Below, piece after piece: positions 56,372 through 64,000 of a stretch of DNA of 64,000 nt (its first letter is position 1; each line of letters begins with the position of its first letter). The position numbers and the translations under genes are program-made. This DNA comes from Octopus vulgaris (taxonomy: Eukaryota). The notes under the pieces were generated by a model. It saw only the letters and a list, made by a program, of their open reading frames with translations, was not told the origin of the DNA and made no database searches. Location: NCBI GenBank assembly GCA_951406725.2, contig OX597816.1:68510001-68574000 (forward strand). Direction: 5' to 3'.

Positions 56372-57040
56372 CGAAATGGGACAAGAATGCAAAACATCCA
56401 GATAGACGATACAAAGAATATAAGGACGGGTCATTCGGAGTTTTCTTTCCTCAGTCGAGTTTCACATTATCTTTGCAATTTCGGCTGGTTATACTCAAAA
56501 TTGCTCCAATCTGGCCAGCCCCAAGGAAAAACAAAGCTAAGAGCATTAGATTCCTTGGACGAAAGCAGTGAATGTATACGAAACAAGGATGGAAGAAAGT
56601 GGTGAAGGTTACACAAATAGAAATAATAAGACATAACAACTGGTGTCTTTCGACGAAGGACGAATTATATTAAGCTGGCGTGTGTGGAAGTAAAGCCTTA
56701 CGACAAGGATACAAGATTTCACAGGCACAGTGAAGAATATAGATGTTGCCGGGAAGCGGCCGAACCAAGAAAGAAAAAGGTCAGGTTTGGCCGAACACCG
56801 GTCACGTGGGGAGAGAAAAGAGAGAGAGGTAGAGGTAGAAAGACAAGAAATAAGGAGGGGCAAGAAAAAATGACAGAGACAGTGAATGAAAAGAGGTGGG
56901 AAAGTGAGCATGAAGAGTAGGCAATGAAATGTGAGTGAGGGGGAACGAAAGAACGAAGAGTGGAATGATCGAAGTAAGCGTAAAAGGGCTGATAGAAAGA
57001 AGGAAATAATAAAAGGATAAAAGAATAGGGTCGTACAAGA
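56372..57040 (-). mobile_element. unclassified (TA)n-embedded repeat, copy 2 (longer)
   Basis: homologous to 39925-40260 in the opposite orientation. Confidence 0.6.
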
Positions 57041-57308
57041 TTTAGATAGTTATATACTTACACATATATATACATTTAAAATGATATTACAATGTAGTTC
57101 AGTAGCAGTAATTAAGTGTGATTACAGTAATAATGAAATAGTTCTTCCGCAAAAACGTACATCCGAGTTCAGTATGACTGAATGGTACTTTAGACAAGTT
57201 TCTCCCTTCTATGTACTAATCTCCGTGTTCATTGTTTTACTATATTATATTTACATATTTACATATTTCCCATGTTTATAATTATACCATATGTTATATA
57301 TATATAAT

Positions 57309-57377
<69 letters not shown>

Positions 57378-57386
57378 GTATGTATG

Positions 57387-57463
<77 letters not shown>

Positions 57464-57680
57464 CAAAGTGGAGTTGTAAGGTACCGCACGAGTGGAATTA
57501 TATACGAAAGAAGGTTTGAAAATGCAACTTTAAAAGATGTTTATTTACTTTACCGGTTTCACTCTTTAGAAAAAGATTGTCAAAAGTAACATGTAAAAGT
57601 TTGGTTGTGTTAATTATTGGTTGTCACAAAATGCTACAATACATATATACAGTCTTTGGTAACAAGGACATGTTAAGGAC

Positions 57681-57749
<69 letters not shown>

Positions 57750-57839
57750 TATATATAGATAGATAGATAGATACATACATACATACATGAAATATGATAT
57801 ATATGTATACACACACACATATGTTTATATATGTGTGTG

Positions 57840-58050
57840 TGTTTGCTACTCCGTCACCGCTGGACCATCAGTCTTGATTTATTTACATTCCCATAGTTTA
57901 ACGGTTCGGCAAAGAGCCGGATAGAATACGTACTAGACTTAAGCTTAAGTAATCAGAAGCATTGCGGTCGATTTGTTCCACGTAAAACCCTTCAAGGTCC
58001 GTACCCCAGCAGGTGCCACGATCCACTGTCTGAAACGAGTGGAAGATAAA
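57840..58050 (+). mobile_element. degenerate SINE family C 3' part
   Basis: cggttcggcaaagag...gatagaatacgtactag...gtctgaaacgagt. Confidence 0.6.
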
Positions 58051-58852
58051 AGACAAAGATAGAAAGAAAAGAAGATTTTTGAGATGGCAGCATTTGAATT
58101 CGGGAAGATTTAAATGCTATTTCATGCAAGTAAACCCACCGTATGGAACGGAGTTTCACACCTTTCTGGATATGCAAATAAAGTGAATAAGAATAATGCC
58201 TTTGATGTAGGATTTTGATTTGCGCAACTTTCTATTAAATTCGACTAGAATAAAATGCAAAATCTTTTATGAATGTAAACACAATTTCTAAACGAAAAAT
58301 TCGAGTAATTTTATAGATAACTAAAGCAGGATTTACTTCGATGAGGTTTCTCTTCAGTATTACGTTTCTAAGCGATATGAAGAGATTACGTATGAATACA
58401 GTTGGAGAAATAACTTTTGTAACGTCTAGTAATAGAACTTCGGATCAAATCGAAAAAATAAATAAATACAATAAATAAAACTGAAACTGCAAAATTTCTG
58501 TCATCACAAGGAGTAAAGCGAGAAAATAAAACGATTTTTGAAGTAAAGAATGAAAATCGTTTAACACGATAAGATGGTACTTCAATTACAAAGAATCACC
58601 AAAAGATGGCGACAGAGGGAGGTGGAAGGAGGAGAAAGAAAAAGAAAGCGAGAAGGAAACAGAGAAAAGAATTGAAAGAAAGAGGGAGAAACAGAAAAAA
58701 GCAAAAAGAAAACCATCAGAAACATAGAAACAAGAAAGATAATGCCTTAGAGCTATAATAATACAACAAAAAAATATGTAGAAGCTGATGACAATGTGCT
58801 GAGGCATTTCTCTGGATACGATTGCGTTTAAGGAGCTAAGTTAGACACGTAA

Positions 58853-58886
<34 letters not shown>

Positions 58887-58903
58887 ATGTGTGTCTATGT
58901 TTG

Positions 58904-58966
<63 letters not shown>

Positions 58967-59080
58967 CATTGTATTTATGCATATATTAATAAATATGTAC
59001 ACGTGTATATGCATATATTTGCATGTATGTGTGAGTCACACACACACTCTCTCTCTCTCTCTGTATATATATATACATAC

Positions 59081-59141
<61 letters not shown>

Positions 59142-59248
59142 TGTGTGTGCGTGCATGTATTATATTCTTCTACTCTAAAAAAAGACAAAGAGACAAAGAT
59201 TAAGAGCGGTGAAGCCTCTGGCTTGTAATGAGGATACATCCAAGACTG

Positions 59249-59372
59249 AAACTTCAAATAACTATTTTTTTTTTTTTCTTTATGGTAGACCTTTACGCAG
59301 CATCCAGTTCAACCTAACTCAAAGAAAAACATTCAGTGAAACCACTGTAGCAAAAAACTTCAAATAACTATT
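59249..59372 (-). mobile_element. ~88-bp poly(A)-tailed retroposed insert with 18-bp TSD
   Basis: aaacttcaaataactatt at 59249-59266 and 59355-59372; T-run directly inside the left copy. Confidence 0.7.
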
Positions 59373-59727
59373 GTAAATAGAATACTCTGAAACTAGATAG
59401 ACTATTTAGAAGTCATCACACATACAAACTTATACATACACACCAGCAGATACATACAAATCCGTGATTGTTTATGCGTACTTATGCGCATGTGTTGATC
59501 AAAGGTATAAACATATTTACACAGTAACTAGTGTATATTTGGATATCTTGCATATATATTCATCGTTTCATTGATATATTGTTCTACTTCCAATTATTTA
59601 ATTCATTTCAAGACTTGTTGAGCATAATTGTAACAAATGCATTGCTTATTTCGCTGGCTTAAGAAGTACATTTTGAAGCGCATACGCACCAATTATTTAT
59701 CAATACACACACATACACATATATATA

Positions 59728-60121
59728 CTCTTTTACTCCTTTACTTGTTTCAGTCATTTGACTGCGGCCATACTGGAGCACCGCCTTTAGTCGAGCAAAT
59801 CGACCCCAGGACTTAATTTTGTAAGCCTAGTACGTATTCTATCGGTGTCTTTAGCCGAACCGCTAAGTTACGCGGACGTAAACACACCAGCATCGGTTGT
59901 CAAGCGATGTTGGGGGTGGGGGCAAACACAGACACACAAACACATGCACACATATATATATACGACGGGCTTCTTTCAGTTTTTATCTACCAAATCTATT
60001 CACAAGGCTTTGGTCGGCCCGAGTGTATAGTATAAGACACTTGCCCAAGGTGTCACGCAGTGGGACTGAACCCGGAACCATGTGGTTGGTAAGCAAGCCA
60101 CTTACCACACAGCCACTCCTA
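59728..60121 (-). mobile_element. SINE family C
   Basis: collinear with the other family C copies. Confidence 0.9.
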
Positions 60122-60123
60122 AG

Positions 60124-60223
<100 letters not shown>

Positions 60224-60991
60224 AATTCACACATTCTCTGTACAAAGTACCTTGGCCGAAAATGTGCTGTGCTGTCTTTTGAATAAATCGCCATTGGCTA
60301 CTCAAATACAAGTCGGTAATTTGTTGAGCTAATGACGCCTATTCAGCCAGAAACACGTGTCAACGGCTGTCTATTTATCTTTAGACAAAGTACATGTCCT
60401 TTGCATTATTGGCGTATCAACATTGGGGAAATTCTTGAAACTTGAGTCTTAATTGACGTTTGGTAATTTTGATGCATCTTTTAGAGGCGGAGATAATTTT
60501 GATAAATCACGAATTCATATCGTACGGTCTTTTATACAACTGTATTTGCATTTTACCTCCTAATTTTCTGATCACACACACACGCACACACGCAAACAAA
60601 CACACACATACACACACACATGTAGTGGAAGCCGGTCATCCGGTCAAATTACAGAAATAAAATATATCCGTTGGTTTTTGCAAATTGTTGCTATTAAGTG
60701 TTCACGGCAAATACTAACAGATATGTCCCTACTTCTCGGTATAGAGTGAGATTTGAAATCAGTATGAACAGAGCTAGAGCTGAAACAGCAAGGCATTTAG
60801 TTTAGCAATCTAACAATTCTCCAGGACATTTCACCGCCCTAGACACTTTAATTCAGACTGAAAGGATCAAACGTGAAGTTAACATAGGATGGATTTGAAC
60901 ACAGAGTATAGAGGGTCGGAGCAAGTATCCGGAAGTAGCCTAAGCAGCACTCTGGCAACTCTACCAGCTTCCCACATCTGTCTATCTATCC

Positions 60992-61104
<113 letters not shown>

Positions 61105-61110
61105 TATGTA

Positions 61111-61152
<42 letters not shown>

Positions 61153-62246
61153 TATATATATATGTGTATATATATATGTATATATATACACACATAATTT
61201 AAGAACTTTATTTTATGTGAGATAAAAGAAATGGAATTTTAAAATCTAAAATGCATTTTTCAACTTAATTTAACCTAGTAGCGATTATCTCCAGTTTAAT
61301 AGTTATCTTACTTGGAGCAAACCACATTTACATACGCACATACATACATGCATACATACATAATGCATACACACACGCGCACAATCACAATCACGCACAC
61401 ACACATATGTATATATTGTTTAACGTACACAATATAATTATGAGACACTAATAGTTTCATAGATTGAAGAAATCGTCGAGGAAGGTTTTACACACGCTTA
61501 GAGTCTCCAAGTAATCTCTGGTCTCCGAGCACATTAATACAAGTTATTAATCAGGACAATGGAACAAGAGAAACCAAAAGACAAAACGGGATGAAGGCGG
61601 AAGAAGAAAGGAATAAAAGACGAAGAATTAAAGTTATGTCCCCTTTAACTGTAGAACTGTAAAGCTGTATGTAGTAGAATCAACGGAAGGAGTCTAAAGT
61701 CTATGACACAGCTGCTCAATCGGGAGATGGTGGTGTTTTTCAGTTCGACAAATGAAACATGACTATATGCTGGCGTTTGCTGAAAATTCCTGGTCTGCAA
61801 TTCAGCAATTTGGTGAAAGTCTTAGATCTAAAAATAATATGCGATCTTCCTGCAGCACATAACTTTCAGGTTTTTGATCCATTAGGATATAGCATGAATA
61901 TTTCAACAGGAAAAGTAGATTATCGATCCTGTGAACCCGTCATTAAAGTAGAGTAAGAAAGAAATAAGCAAGAAAAAAGAATTAGGAAAAGAAACGATAC
62001 TAGTTTAAAGCACGTGTGTAACTTTCCAGTACGTACTGTTTGATATATATATATTACACACACCCACACACACAAACACACATTCAGCAATTTCCGCTAT
62101 TCTGTCATTCCACTATTCGCCTTTGAAATCTGGGAGAATTTTCTGTAACTCTTTCTACAGCCACATACGTTTCTTATTGACACACTTCGCAGTTATAGAT
62201 GACTCTACATTCAGCTCACATCTATCTATTCAGTTTTTGCGTTAAA

Positions 62247-62641
62247 CTAGCAGTATCACCCGGCGTTGCTCGGGTTTGTTTCGACCCCTTAGAATTGGAA
62301 TTTTTGAAACGTAAAAATTTTGTATTATGTAGCTTGTTATTCTCTTTAAGTGAACATTTTTCTGGTTGAAATACACTGAAAAATGGCGACACAGCGGTTA
62401 AAAAATCATAAAAAAGTAGGGATTTTCATAGAAAAACAAAGCACCTTTTTGATGTAAATAATTTTTGGTGTTAACATGGTCCGATTTGAAATTTTTGTTC
62501 TACGGAAAGAAGAGCAAGCCTTCTTCTATTATACTCTCAATTTTGGTCAACTTGCGCCGCAGGGTCTCGGAGGAGATAGTGTTAGTTGAAGGCTACCAAA
62601 CCTGCCATACACAGACAATTTCAGCTTTATATATAGAGAGA
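62247..62641 (-). mobile_element. non-autonomous Helitron
   Basis: minus strand A|TCTCTCTATATATAAAG ... hairpin cccgagcaacgccggg ... CTAG|T; inserted at AT, no TSD. Confidence 0.8.
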
Positions 62642-63161
62642 TATATTTTCATACTGATAAGATTGCAAATATCATTCTGTAGCCATATACGAACCGTTGA
62701 CTTTTATTTCGGTCAGGTCTGCCTTTACCTTCTTCAGTTAAGATTTTACTTATATCTATGACGCATTATAAGAACACAAAAGAAAAAAAAAATTTCATTA
62801 TCAATTAGTGCTGTTGTTCTTAGCGGTGGGGGATAATAATTGCAAAATTGACCTTGCTGGCATTTGAACTGAATATCAAAAGCTTTTTATCCATAGTTCT
62901 GACGATTCTGCCAGATAATGCATCGCCTGAGCGACAGTGATTTAATATGAATATATACAACATGTATATTGAAGCGCTCACGCTGTGGTTTTATGCTCAT
63001 TCATGTAACAAGCAAGAATTCAAACATTTCTTAATAGACAATGCATTACAATGAAGTACAATATAATAGAATGGGTTGTGTAAACATTTCAAGCTGTTGT
63101 GTATTCTTGTAATAGACTTTACGGTAGTTGAACACAATAGAATAAATTCCAATTGTACATG

Positions 63162-64000
<839 letters not shown>

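Noticed and set aside
61700-62225. Possible very old CR1 RT fragments (IDDST-like motif)
   Set aside because: Similarity too weak by eye to delimit a feature

Overview
Eukaryotic, AT-rich window saturated with microsatellites. No host protein-coding gene, rRNA, intact tRNA or CRISPR array can be supported. The SINE repertoire and the (TA)n/(CA)n/(TATC)n/(TAA)n load suggest a cephalopod (Octopus-like) intron or intergenic region; this is inference. Almost all short ORFs in the supplied track are microsatellite artefacts. Supported content: a young 5'-truncated CR1-type LINE with an uninterrupted RT frame, four R4/Dong-like RLE-LINE remnants, a deleted Gypsy (Mag-like) LTR element, a mariner, two DD37D (maT) derivatives, a Chapaev3-like transposon nested in a LINE 3' UTR, a short Helitron and at least four tRNA-derived SINE families (labelled A-D here). 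The main find is a 488-489 bp tandem array at 11426-12743, inserted in (TA)n. It carries two complete type I hammerhead ribozymes with an unusually long stem II, plus one truncated copy, and has an inverted 5' end. This fits a retrozyme or Penelope-mobilised circular-RNA element. A second small repeat family carries a minimal hammerhead with a non-canonical CUGUNGA core. All structures were read by eye; no folding or database search was run.
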